Made by a program: the position numbers and the translations under genes
Shown: one piece after another, positions 39,250 to 52,700 of the stretch
How the letters are laid out: every line of letters begins with the position of its first letter
Position numbering within the stretch: position 1 is the first letter of the stretch
The notes under the pieces: model-generated
Told to the model about the DNA's origin: nothing
The model's input: only the letters and a program-made list of their open reading frames with translations
Database searches by the model: none
Assembly: GCA_964016885.1 (NCBI GenBank)
Contig: OZ024743.1
Span: 353,896,001 to 353,960,000 of the forward strand
DNA from: Eledone cirrhosa
Taxonomy: Eukaryota
DNA: 64,000 bases
Direction of reading: 5' to 3'

Positions 39250-40099
39250 GTTTTTTTGAGAAAAAAATTATTATTTTTTTTCAAAATAAAGTTCAAATAT
39301 TTGGGCCAAAAGGCCCAAATATTATGAGTTATTCCTTCACAGGATACAAATTAATGTCTTATAATGCTTCAGCGGTACAAAAAAAAAACAATTCTCTACA
39401 ATTAATCCTCAAAAATTGCTTACTCACGGAGCTTCAAAAAACGTACATCCACTTTCGTCAATAATAATAATAATAATAACAAGATTAATATTTAATTTTG
39501 GATCAGGAATGTTAGAGTCGAAAAGGAAGAAAATGACAAAATGACTAAATAACTAAAGATAATTTCACCACCAACACCACCACCACTACCACGATGAAAA
39601 CTCTGGTCAAGTCGACTCAACCGCTATTTCTACTCCAACTTCAACACCATCACTACAGTACTACGATCATATCACCACCACCACTGCCTCATTATCGCTA
39701 CCGCCGCTATTCGCTATTCTCTCCCACTACCTCCTGCTAGTTGCTGTTAGCACAGCACTGCCACCACCACCACCACCACTGCCTCATTATCACTACCGCC
39801 ACTATTCTCTCCCGCTAACCCCTGATATATTGTAGAATCCCCACTAAAAGAGGAAGGCATCAAAATATATAAATAGACTGAATTGATGACCCGGTCAAAA
39901 TCAAAGCAGCACAGCAACAACGAAAAACGTAAAGAAAAGGAAAATGAAGAGAAGAACAAACAGACGGACAGAGAAGAGAAGGGAAAAACTAAGTCAGACA
40001 TTCAAACACTACATTACAATGAAACTTATGCTTATTCATTTTTGGGTTTTTTTTTGCCTGTTTGTTTGTTTGTTTATTTATGTTCGTCTACAGCGTGAT

Positions 40100-43000
40100 A
40101 ATGCCACACAAAAATCACGTGGAGTGACGAAACCAGCGGAGGTGATGAAATCACCGGTGGTTATGTAACCATACATTCGCCAATCCTCGATAAGAGTGTT
40201 TAAATGTCGAACCTAAACAGTTCGAATAACGGTGAAATGGACACTAGAATGTCATGTGACAGACTCTCACCCAACAGGTGCTCCCTGGCTCAGCAGCAGG
40301 AACCTGGCTGTCAACCAAATACTGCTGGTGTCGGAGGAAGATGAAGAAGGAAAGGGACCAGAACCAACTGGACGAAAGAATTGAATATGCAATGTTACCT
40401 GAAGAGTAACCCCAAGGAGAAAGGCTATAGGAAACGGATGCATAACATCTGGAACGAGATTGGTCTATTTAAATGAGATGAACAAAAATTGGCCGGGCAG
40501 ACTCGGGTAATAAGAACTAATGAGTGGATAAGCGAGCTGGAACTGGAGGAACTGAGCAGAGAGATTAGCTTGGAGATGGAGAGTGGAGTATGCCAGTCAA
40601 ACGAGCCAGTGGGAAATGAAGGTGAAGAGGTCGAGAGAACGGAGAAATCACCCGAAGCAGACAATGATCTGAATGCTGAGATAAATAATACCTGGAACAG
40701 AGATACGGCCACTGAGGAGATGAATGCTGACGGGCTAGGACAAGATTTGGTTGATATCCTAAACTTAGTGGTAGATGAATTGAACAATGATAGTGGGAGA
40801 CCTATGAACCTAAGATTTGTAGACAGGAAAAAGTTAAAAGAAACAACAGCTAAGGTAAACAAAGTCATCCCATACCTTGAGGCGAGGAGCCTTCACCAGT
40901 GCAACAATATCCTCAAAGCAACAGCAAATACGGTGAGGAAACTACTTGGTATAAAAGCGAGAGGAAACAACAGACAAGAAAGATCAGAGCCTTGGTGGAA
41001 GAAACGACTGAGTGGTCAAATCAGGGAAATGAGAAATGACATTGGAAAGCTTGAGTCCCTACTGAATGGGACACTAAAAAACATATACACTAGAGATAGA
41101 CTGGAAATAAAGTACAAAACTAGGAGGAAAAAGCTAAATTTTATCATAGAGGAACTGAAGCAACGCATTGTAGCAAAAAGTGCAAAAATCAGGCGATACG
41201 AGAACAGAGTCAGCCAGTATAGACAGAACCGCATGTTCGACAACAACCAGAAGATGCTGTTTGGACAGCTTGAAGGGAAAGAAAGAGGCAACGACTTGAT
41301 CCCTGAGGCGGAACAAACTAAAACATTCTGGAGAGGAATATGGGAGCAGGATGTTAAACATAATGACCAGGCAGTGTGGATTGAGACAGTACAGAAGGAG
41401 ATTAGTGAACAGGCACACCAACAAACTGATTTGAGTATCACAGTTGAAACTCTTAAGGGGCAGGCCAGAAAACTAACCAACTGGAAACCACCAGGCCCAG
41501 ATGGTGTGCAGGGGTATTGGATTAAAAATATAACATCCCTCTACCCGAAACTGACAACCATGTTCAATGACTGCTTGACGTCAGGTGAGGTACCAGAGTG
41601 GTTGACAAAAGGTACCACAGTTCTGATAATGAAAGACCGAATCAAGGGTAATGATGTTACCAACTATAGACCTATCACATGTCTGTCCGTAATGTGGAAA
41701 CTGTTGACAAGCATTATGTCTGAGGAAATCTACCATCACCTCCACACAAACAACTTGTTACCGGACGAACAGAAAGGATGCCGAAAGAAGTCACGTGGTA
41801 CAAAGGACCAGTTACTTATTGATAAGATGGTAATGAGGAATTGCAAGAGGAGACACACTGGTCTTGCCATGGGATGGATAGACTACAAAAAGGCATTTGA
41901 CATGGTGCCTCATTCTTGGATCACCAAAAGCCTGGAGATCTTCAAGGTGGCAGATAACATCAGACAGTTGTTGGGCAAAAGTATGAAGTCCTGGGAAACA
42001 GAGTTAACATCAACTGGAGAATGCTTGGGAAGCGTGAAGATCAAGAGAGGTATCTTCCAGGGAGATAGTGTGTCCCCTCTGTTGTTTGTCCTTGCCCTGA
42101 TGCCCCTGACCAGTGTACTGCGAAAAGTGAGAGCAGGATGCAGGTTGGGAAAGGGAGGGCTTACCATCAATCACCTCCTCTTCATGGACGATCTTAAGCT
42201 CTTCGGGAAGAGTGAGAAGGAGTTGGATGTGTTGTTGACACTGTCCGTATTTTCAGCAATGATATATGTATGCAATTTGGTATTAGTAAGTGTGGAGTCA
42301 TTGTGATGAAGAGGGGTAAATTGAGCAGAAGTAACGGAATCCAGGTACCAACAGGTGAGATGATAAAGGAAATTGACTCTGAAGAAGGATACAAGTATTT
42401 GGGTATTCTGGAGGCTGATGACATCAAGAACAAAAAAATGAAGGAATTGATAAGAACTGAAATCATTCGGAGAGTAAGGAGCGTATTAAAGTCACATCTG
42501 AACAGTAGGAATGCCATAAGTGCAGTAAATTCCCGAGCTGTGTCTATTATTAGGTACAGTGCGGGAATTCTGAGATGGAATGTTGCTGAACAAAAAGAAA
42601 TGGATAGGAAGACTAGGAAGCTATTGACTATCTACAACATGTTCCACAAGAGGAGTGATGTCGATAGACTCTACTTAAAGAGATCTGAAAGTGGAAGAGG
42701 TCTTATCAGCATAGAGGACTGTGTTCAGATGGAGAAAAACAACCTACACAAATACGTGACTGATAGTAAGGAGCCAATGCTCAGAACTGTACTGAAGGAG
42801 GGGACAATAGACCAGGGGATGTCCAAGGAGGAAATAACATCAAGGAGAAAGAGCAACCTTCGGGAAAAATCCCTTCATAGTACCTTCTTTGAGAAATTTG
42901 ATTTTAGAGATCCACAGACATCGAACTGGTTGAAAAGAGGAGACCTTAAAAAGGCTAAGAAGGAATGTTAATGGCTGCGCAGGAGCAGTCCCTCAAAACG

Positions 43001-43706
43001 AAGTGGTTGAAACACCATATTTACAAGGAGGAGGCTAGCCCACTGTGCAGGATCTGTGGAGAGAGAGAGGAGACTGTGGCTCACATTGTATCCGAGTGTA
43101 AACACATAGTCCAGACTCACTATAAGGGCTGGAGACATGATGTGATGGGCAGGGTGATCCACTGGCACCTATGCAAAGTAAACAATTTACCACATTCTGA
43201 GAAGTGGTATGAGCATAAGCCAGAGTCGGTGATAGAAAACGATCAGGTGAAGGTGCTGTGGGATTTTAGGATACAGACGGACAAGAAACTGGAACACAAT
43301 AGACCTGACCTGGTGGTTGTGGACAAAGAAAAAAGATCGTGCCTGATTGTGGATGTGGCCTGCCCATTCGACACGTGAGTGCAAGAGAAGGAGAGGGAGA
43401 AAATTAACCGATAGCAGGACTTAAAGTGGGAGGTAAAAAGGATTTGGAACTGCCATGAAGTCAAAGTGATCCCGATTGTCATAGGCGCATTAGGGACTAC
43501 CTCAAAAAGTTTCCAGGGATGGTTAAAGAAAATTGGCCCCTTCACGCTTTTTGGAACGCTTCAAAAGGCATGCTTGCTGGGAACAGCAAGAACCCTCCGA
43601 TACGTCCTGAATATCTGAGGCTGCAGGTAGTGGCTTGATATTCATTTCAACAAACTTTCCAGTTAACTAACATTAATGACTGAGACTCAAATAATAATAA
43701 TAATAA

Positions 43707-43737
<31 letters not shown>

Positions 43738-43740
43738 AAT
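40100..43740 (+). mobile_element. Near full-length R4/Dong-like RLE non-LTR retrotransposon with (AAT)n tail
   Basis: Single ORF remnant 40204-43618, short 3' UTR, (AAT)n at 43690-43740. 5' boundary approximate. Confidence 0.9.
40204..43618 (+). pseudogene. R4-like ORF: N-terminal domain, RT, CCHC, PD-(D/E)XK restriction-like endonuclease
   Basis: WTKELN..CY...GYRKRM..IW...EQKLAGQ, NWKPPGPDGVQGYW, NYRPITCL, DYKKAFDMVPH, GIFQGDSVSPLLF, FMDDLK, CRICGEREETVAHIVSEC, RHD, RPDLVVVD..IVDVACP, LQKACLLGTA. Several stops and two frameshifts. Confidence 0.92.
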
Positions 43741-43912
43741 AAGAAGAAACATGGAGTAAATTTCTTACTGCCAATATATCTGTAATATATGTATTATACC
43801 GTTCTCCCTAAATGTAAGGCTTGTGCCTGTGGTAGAATTCCTTATTTTTGATTTTGGGCGCATGCGTGTGCACATAGTTTAATTGTACACGCCTATTTAT
43901 ATGAATTTACAA

Positions 43913-44102
43913 GGCAGTGGACTGGCAGAATCGTTTGAAAGTTGAACAAATTTCTTTGGTGTATTTGATCAGGCCTTTTATATTTTGATCTCAAATCGTT
44001 CCGAGCATAACCTTTCGAGTCGATAAAATAAAGTACCAGTCAAGTACTGGAATTGAGTTCCCCTTGCCCTAAAATTGCTGGACTTTTCCTTAAATTAGAA
44101 TC
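43913..44102 (+). mobile_element. Diverged Nin/Deu-domain SINE
   Basis: ggcagtggactggcagaatcgtt head, gtcgataaaataaagtaccagt core, aaattgctggac...ttagaa tail. Confidence 0.65.
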
Positions 44103-44314
44103 AACTTATAAAAACCTTCTTTTCATACACACATATCACATATTTGCTGCTATCACAACAGGATGGTTGTAAATGGCCAGCAGCATTTCCTAATGATTGC
44201 ATAACTGTACCTATGATTGCGTAAGAATCTGATGAAGTCACATGCATAACCATGTAACAGAAATCTTTATCATAGCAATTATGATGAAATAATCCCGTCC
44301 TACCTACTGTTATT

Positions 44315-44355
<41 letters not shown>

Positions 44356-44358
<3 letters not shown>

Positions 44359-44551
44359 CGACGAAGGAAGTGTGGTAAGGAACCAGATGGACCATAACGC
44401 ACCAGAGTACTCAATACTTAGGGTAGTAGAGTGGGTAATAGGAAAATGTTTAATCCCGACGGCAGAGCTAAAGCCTTTTCGACGGCTATTTCTGGACCAG
44501 AATAGCCGTCGAAACGGCTTGAGCTCTGCCGTCGGGGTTAAACATTTTCCA
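44356..44551. mobile_element. Palindromic (TA)n-bounded element, family A
   Basis: Imperfect inverted repeat with arms of about 53 bp spanning 44441-44550. Homologous to 6827-6997. Confidence 0.65.
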
Positions 44552-44570
44552 TATATATATATATATATAC

Positions 44571-45676
44571 ATTTCCACATTTCCTCGAATAGTTTTCGCG
44601 GATGTAGAGGTTATCTCCCTTGCCGGATTCCATGTGCGTATTTTGCTTGTAGTTAGCCTCTTATCCGCTAGGACGAAACTCGTTGAAGACGTAAACTTCC
44701 AGTCCGCTTGCTCTAGAAGTCTTATATATTTATATGTGAGCTGATAGAGTACAGTCTAAGGATTTACAGAAACCCAAGAAGCTAGATTTTACATCTTTCT
44801 AGTGGGTCCGGGTATGATTTTACATTCATTTAAATTATTGATGTATTGTTTTATTGATATTTTTTATCTGATTGTCCCGAATCTTCTATTATCGATTTTT
44901 TATCGTATGGTTGATTTTAGACTTGTTCTATGTGTGACGGTATTTTACCGATAGTTATAGCTCTGATTCATCTGAATTATTGAGCCCTCTGCCGCTCATT
45001 TCGAATTTTGTTTATCGTGAACTCGTGCGCCGATTTTTCGATACTCGATCATTCTAATATTTTTAGCTCTGGACCTAGCTATCCACCAGTTAATTTTATT
45101 GCTCATTTTTTGTCGATTCTATTGAGTGATGAATAGCTCCTGTTTTATTTTAACATGTCTATTGAGCACTTTTATTCGATATGTGTATTTCCACATTTCC
45201 TCGAATAGTTTTCGCGGATGTAGAGGTTATTTCCCTTGCCGGATTCCATGTGCGTATTTTGCTTGTAGTCAGCCTCTTATCCGCTAGGACGAAACTCGTT
45301 GAAGACGTAAACTTCCAGTCCGCTTGCTCTAGAAGTCTTATATATTTATATGTGAGCTGATAGAGTACAGTCTAAGGATTTACAGAAACCCAAGAAGCTA
45401 GATTTTACATCTTTCTAGTGGGTCCGGGTATGATTTTACATTCATTTAAATTATTGATGTATTGTTTTATTGATATTTTTTATCTGATTGTCCCGAATCT
45501 TCTATTATCGATTTTTTATCGTATGGTTGATTTTAGACTTGTTCTATGTGTGACGGTATTTTAACGATAGTTATAGCTCTGATTCATCTGAATTATTGAG
45601 CCCTCTGCCGCTCATTTCGAATTTTGTTTATCGTGAACTCGTGCGCCGATTTTTCGATACTCGATCATTCTAATAT
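44571..45676 (-). mobile_element. Family B element as a partial tandem (616-bp unit, 490 bp repeated)
   Basis: 44571-45060 and 45187-45676 differ at only a few positions, bounded by (TA)n. Inverted homologue at 13511-14012. Strand is given relative to that copy. Confidence 0.75.
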
Positions 45677-45692
45677 ATATATATATATATAT

Positions 45693-45760
45693 ATAACGAA
45701 GGAATTGTGGTAAGGAACCAGATGGACCATAACGCACCAAAGTACTCAATACTTAGGGTA

Positions 45761-45762
<2 letters not shown>
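45693..45762. repeat. Isolated terminal fragment of family A
   Basis: Direct near-copy of 44356-44428 between two (TA)n tracts. Confidence 0.75.
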
Positions 45763-45799
<37 letters not shown>

Positions 45800-46525
45800 A
45801 CTTCCCTCCTCACTCTCGTTTTTTTTCTCTCTCCCCCTCTCTCTATCGATCCGTTCGGTTTTGATTGTTGACATGTTTACACGTGCCGTGGTGGCCTCTC
45901 TGACCGCAATCTCTGCGGCACGTTTTTACCAACCCCGTAAAAAAAAAACATTCTGGATTATCTCCCTTTCCCTTCTCCTCCTCACTTTTGGTTGCCCGTG
46001 TCTCTCTCTCACATTCTCCTGTCTATGTGAGAGGCAGCACGATTATACCAGCTCTGAGTCAGCTGACCACCAGGCTAAAGTCTCCCAGGTTGGCCACAAC
46101 TTACTTTCCCTATTTTTCCACTGTTACTTTTTTGCATGTTTCTTTCACCTGTGTCCTCCCACGATGGGACCTGTACACTTTTTTCTCCTATTTCTTTCCT
46201 ATTTTTTCCCTTCCCCCTTTCTTCCTCTCTTCTCACCCCCCCCGTTCTTCCCCCTTTCCTTCTCTTTCCTTTTCTCTCTCCTTTTTCTCCCCTTTATTTA
46301 TCTCTTTCTCTCTCCTTTTCCACCTGGCCTTTTGATTAATAAAAGGCCTCGGGCGCACCCGAACTACACCGATGTCCTGTAATTCAGCGCCGTAACATCG
46401 GTTCGGGAAACTTTTACAGCTGACGATGGAAACTCCTTTCTTCTTTTCTCCTCCTGTTCCGTCCTAACCACCATCCTAAACCTTGTATTTAGTAACCACA
46501 CAGCTTCTTTCGTTTCATAAATTTT

Positions 46526-46569
<44 letters not shown>

Positions 46570-46570
46570 T

Positions 46571-46731
<161 letters not shown>

Positions 46732-47439
46732 CGTGTGTGTGTGTATGTGTGTGCGTGCGTGCGTGTGTAAGTGAGTGTGTGAGTTTTCGTCTATGAGTGT
46801 ATGAGTGTGTGCATATATCTATAATTTTACTTGTGTCATACATTGGATCAGCTAAGAATATAATTGTTTTCTTTGCTTATTTTCCATCACCTAAACAATT
46901 CTAAAAGGGATTTCGGTTTTGAAAATGTAAGAATAACCTCGGTTGATTGACGTGTTTTCCCTTCTCGCCATATTCAGACAGTGAGACTCTACATGTGTAT
47001 ATACTCTTTATGTAGAGCTTTCTCCTCTGGTATTTCCTTTTCCCCTTTTTTGACACATACAATCACCGCATTATTGTTTTCTCTTTTCCTATATCTGTTC
47101 GACAGTTCTTAGTCTAGCTAATTTTCTTAGTGATTATGCTTCACCATGGAGATAGCAGTATGCTCGCTGCTTTCATACATCCTTCGGCTTATAAAGGTGT
47201 CCTCACATGGTAAAGTCCTCCATTGTTCCAAATAACTTAGTTAAGCCAACGTTATAGTAGTTTTCTCCTTATTAGCTATATATTACCTGAACACCCCGAA
47301 TAGGTGTTTCGGTTTTGAAAATGCGAAGACAGACTCGTTTGATTGAAGATTGTTTCCCACTTAGCATTTTCAGACAACGAGAGCATATGTATATATCGTT
47401 TACAAAACGGTATATACATATGGTGTAGGATAGAACAAA

Positions 47440-47628
47440 GGAGAGACACAAAATAAAAACCCAGTCACTGAAGAGGTCACAGAATGTGTGATGAAAGAGC
47501 TTTGACAATATATAAACAACCTTCCAGTTATCGAACCAACCAACCAACCGGAAATTTATAATAGATTGAAGTGAAAAACAACAGGTTCGTGTGTTTTTAT
47601 TGGCAACATGACCCTCCCAAAGTATAAA
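47440..47628 (+). mobile_element. PLE 3' terminus (pseudo-LTR remnant) related to the 7054-11262 element
   Basis: Ends atgaccctcccaaagtataa followed by (TA)n, matching the PLE terminal repeat end atgaccctccccaagtataa. Also shares aaccaacca. Confidence 0.65.
47464..47506 (+). ncRNA. Minimal type I hammerhead motif, slightly degenerate
   Basis: Stem I gtca/tgac, CTGAAGA, stem II gtcaca/tgtgat, GAAA, very short stem III (g-ag-c), CTT triplet. Confidence 0.55.
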
Positions 47629-48112
47629 AATATATATATATATATATATGATATGTTCACAACTGTGGCATACGCATTCACTAGAGTTTCGTTGGATTTA
47701 ATACCAACTCATTCAGTCTTTCTCTATATATAACTATTATAAATGTGAAGAGAAAATAGACAAATATACTTATTTCTTTCTTCAAAGTCTCGACTGTAAA
47801 GTATCGCCGAGAGGTATGCAGCCAGAGTGCAACTAAAGTGCACCAGGGTCGTGAAGCTATCGGGTTTTCAAGAGACCCCTCAATGAAAGGTCGAAATCTT
47901 GAACTGACCGCTACCAGTGAAACTTTCTCGAGAGGGACAATTATCACGTGATATAACAGTCACAGAAGGGTGGTAAAGGCTGGACGTTTGGAGAGTAATA
48001 TATTTGCTAGAAGAAGCAGCCAATAGCCGTTTGATTTTACTCGACCGTAAGAGAGTTGGGACAAAAGAACAAGATACACATACATATAGATACATAGGTG
48101 TAAACACGCACG

Positions 48113-48284
<172 letters not shown>

Positions 48285-48584
48285 GTGTCCCACCATTACC
48301 AGTTTTGCTCAATGACCGAGAGAATTAAAAATAAGTAATCAATTAATCAGAGCTATATAACAATTATATAATACAAGTGGAAGCTTAGTAAAATCGAAGC
48401 TTTGGCTGTGGCTAAGCAAAGTCGACCTACAATAAGGAATGGGTTAGCAAAGCACTCAATAAGGGTAGGTCCTTAGAGTGAGTAATAACATACGTTTAAA
48501 TAGCTTGACAAATTGAACTTTGCGGTAGGAAAAACCCAACCATACAATACCAAAGTAACGAAAGAACTAATCAGGTTAAAAAAC

Positions 48585-48624
<40 letters not shown>

Positions 48625-48771
48625 TAAAATAACAGATTAAAGTTTAAGCAAAGAATCGCTGCTTTCACCCTTAACGGGATCGTCTGAAACTAACAAAGTC
48701 AATCTTTGGATTTTAGTCTTCAAATTTATTGTTATTACTATATATATATATATATATATATATGCAAAAAT

Positions 48772-48858
<87 letters not shown>

Positions 48859-49279
48859 GACCGTTAGTACGACTCTAGTAGTCAGATGACTAGTATTTGC
48901 CTCCCTCATCCCGCAGATTCACATAACTACATAGTGTTCTATGACCACATTGGTGAAGACTAAACATCTAGTCCTATCGGGTTTGCTCGTTGAAAAGGTT
49001 CAAGGGAGTCCATCAATGGTGAAAACAACCATTGTTGAAGCAATGCCCCAAATTCTTATCCTCCTTCGATACTGTAAATATCTATCGGTCAATATCTATC
49101 CTCCCCAACTCCATTGTCGCTGGTTCAAGCTCCAGTTACCAGTTGCCTTCAGATATGTCAATGTAGTATTGGTCAAATGGATTTCCCGTTGAGTTCCGTA
49201 AAAAGCTAGGTTTTCATAAAATACAGAAAGATGTAGAAATGAAACAAGAACAGTAGCATAGTTGCAATTACAAACACTG

Positions 49280-49775
49280 CCATTTCAACAAATACCACCA
49301 TTACAACACCTACCATCATCACCATTATTATCATAACCACTAACATACAACCCCACTCAACCAGCAATACTACAATCATCACTACCACCACCATCGCCGC
49401 CACCGAAACAACAATATCAACCCTCCCATCCTACCACTACCACCACTACCACCGCACCACAACCATCATCACTAATAGCAAAGACAGTGTCTACACCGAG
49501 ATCATTCCCAGCTAAACCACCAATACCGCAGCCATAATAACTAGCACGACCACGACGGCGACGAAGATCAGTCCCTCATCACCACCTCCACCATCACCAC
49601 CACCACCGACACCACTATCACCATCATCACCGCCACCACCACCACCACCACCGACACCACCATCACCATCATCATCACCACCACCACCACCACCATCGCC
49701 GCCGCCGCCATCACCACCATCACCAACACTACCACCACCATCGCCACCGCCGCCACCACCACCAATAACAACAAC
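49280..49775. repeat. (CAC/CAT/CGC)n degenerate trinucleotide tract
   Basis: Directly visible. It grades into the minisatellite. Confidence 0.85.
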
Positions 49776-52700
49776 AGCAGACCACCATTAGACAACGACC
49801 ACCACTAACAGACCACCATTACAACAACTAACAACACCAACAAACAATCCATTACAACCACCACCATCACCAACAACAGACCACCATTACAACAACTAAC
49901 AATACCAACAGACCAGCAATGCAACCATTAACAACACCAACAGACCAAAATTACGTAACCACACCACCAACAGACCACAATTACAAGGACCACCACCACC
50001 AACAGATCACCAATACAACCACTAACAAAACCAACAGACCACCATTACTACCACTAACAACACCAACAGACCACCAATACAACAATCAATACAATCACTA
50101 ACAACACCAACAGACCAGCATTAAAACAACTAAAATCACCAACAAACCACCAATACAACCTCTAACAATAGCAACAGACCACCAATACAACCACTAACAA
50201 TACCAATAGACCACCATTACAAGCACAAAAAACACCAACAGACAACCATTACAATCACTAACAAAACCAACAGACCACCAATACAACCAGTAACAACACT
50301 AACAGACCACCAAAAACCAATAACGACACCAACAGACCATCATTACAACCAGTAACACCTCCAACAGACCACTAATACAACCATAAACAACACCAACAGA
50401 CCACCAATACAACCATTAACAACACCAATAGACCACCATTACAACAACTAACAACACCAACAGGCGACCAATACAGCCACTAATAACACAAACCGACCAC
50501 CAATACAACATCTAACAGGACCAGCAGACCACCACTACAACCACTAACACTCCCAACAGACCACCATTACAACCACTAACAACACCAACAGACCACCATT
50601 ACAACCACTAACAACACAAATAGACTACCAATACAACCACTAACAACACCAAAAGACCACCATTACAACAATTAACAACACCAACAGACCACCATTACAA
50701 CCACGAACAACACAAATAGACTACCAATACAACCACTAACAAAACAAACAGACCACCAATACAACCACCATTAAAACCACTAACAATACCAACAGACCAC
50801 CAATACAACCAATAACAACACAAACAGACCATCAATACAATCACTAACAACACTAACAGACCACCAATACAACCACCAACAACCCCAACAGACATCCATT
50901 ACAACCACTAACAACACCAATAGACCACCATTACAACGACTTACAACACAAACAGACCACCAAAACAACTACTAACACCACAAATAGACCACCAATACAA
51001 CTACTAACAACACCAACAGACCATCAATACAACCACTAACAACACTAACAGACCACCAATACAACCACTAACAACACAAATAGACCACCATTAAAACGAC
51101 GACCACCACCATCAGTCCACCATTACAACCACTAACAACACCAACAGACCACCATTACAACCACTAACAACACCAACAGACGAACAATACAATCACTAAC
51201 AATACCAACAGACCACCAATACAACCACTAACAACACTAACAGACCCCCAATACAATCACTAACAACACGAATAGACCACCATTACAACCACTAACAACA
51301 CCAACAGACCACCAGTAGTCCACCACCACCACCACATACAGACCATAAATACAACCACTAACAACACCAACAGACCACCATTACAACCACTAATAACACC
51401 AACAGACCACCAATACAACCCTCAATAAAACCACTAACAACACCAACAGACCACCAATACAACAACTAACAACACCAACAGACCACCAATACGACCACTA
51501 CAACAGCAACAGACCACCAATACAACGATCATTACAACCACTAACAACACAACAGACCACCAATGCAACCACAAACAACACCAACAGACCGCCATTACAA
51601 CCACTAACAACACCAGCAGACCACCAATACAACCACTAACAACACCAACAGACGACCAACACAACCACTAACAACACCAATAGACCATCATTACAACCAT
51701 TAACAACACTAACAGACCACCAACACAACCACTAACAAGACCAACAGACGACCAACACAACCACTAACAACACCAGTAGACCACCATTACAACGACTTAC
51801 AACACAAACAGACCACCAAAACAACTACTAACAACACAAATAGACCACCAATACAACTACTAACAATACCAACAGACCATCAATACAACCACTAACAACA
51901 CTAACAGACCACCAATACAACCACTAACAACACAAATAGACCACCATTAAAACGACGACCACCACCATCAGTCCACCATTACAACCACTAACAACACCAA
52001 CAGACCACCATTACAACCACTAACAACACCAACAGACGAACAATACAATCACTAACAATACCAACAGACCACCAATACAACCACTAACAACACTAACAGA
52101 CCCCCAATACAATCACTAACAACACGAATAGACCACCATTACAACCACTAACAAAACGAACATACCACCATTACAATCACTAACAACACCAACAGACAAC
52201 CAATACAACCACTAACAACACCAATAGACCACCATTACAAGCACAACCACACACCAACAGACCACCAACCCAAGCACTAACAACACCAAGAGACCACTAA
52301 CAACATCAATAGACCACCATTACAATCACACAACCACACACGAACAGACCACCAATACAACCACTAACAACACCAACAGACCACCATTAGTCAACCACCA
52401 CCACATACAGACCATAAATACAACCACTAACAACACCAACAGACCACCATTACAACCACTAATAACACCAACAGACCACCAATACAACCCTCAATAAAAC
52501 CACTAACAACACCAACAGACCACCAATACAACAACTAACAACACCAACAGACCACCAATACTACCACTACAACAGCAACAGACCACCAATACAACGATCA
52601 CTACAACCACTAACAACACAACAGACCACCAATGCAACCACAAACAACACCAACAGACCACCATTACAACCACTAACAACACCAGCAGACCACCAATACA

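Larger units (their letters stand above)
33637..39459 (-). mobile_element. Full-length Tx1/L1-clade LINE, copy 2
   Basis: Nearly identical to copy 1 (offset about 5835), followed by (AAT)n at 39460-39479. Confidence 0.95.

Noticed and set aside
28252-39464. Plus-strand ORFs antisense to the Tx1 elements
   Set aside because: Shadow ORFs of GC-rich coding sequence with no recognisable motifs.
46355-46435. Hammerhead in the 45.85-46.5 kb unclassified sequence
   Set aside because: A stem followed by GAAAC and a later ctgacga are present, but not in an order or pairing that forms a valid core.
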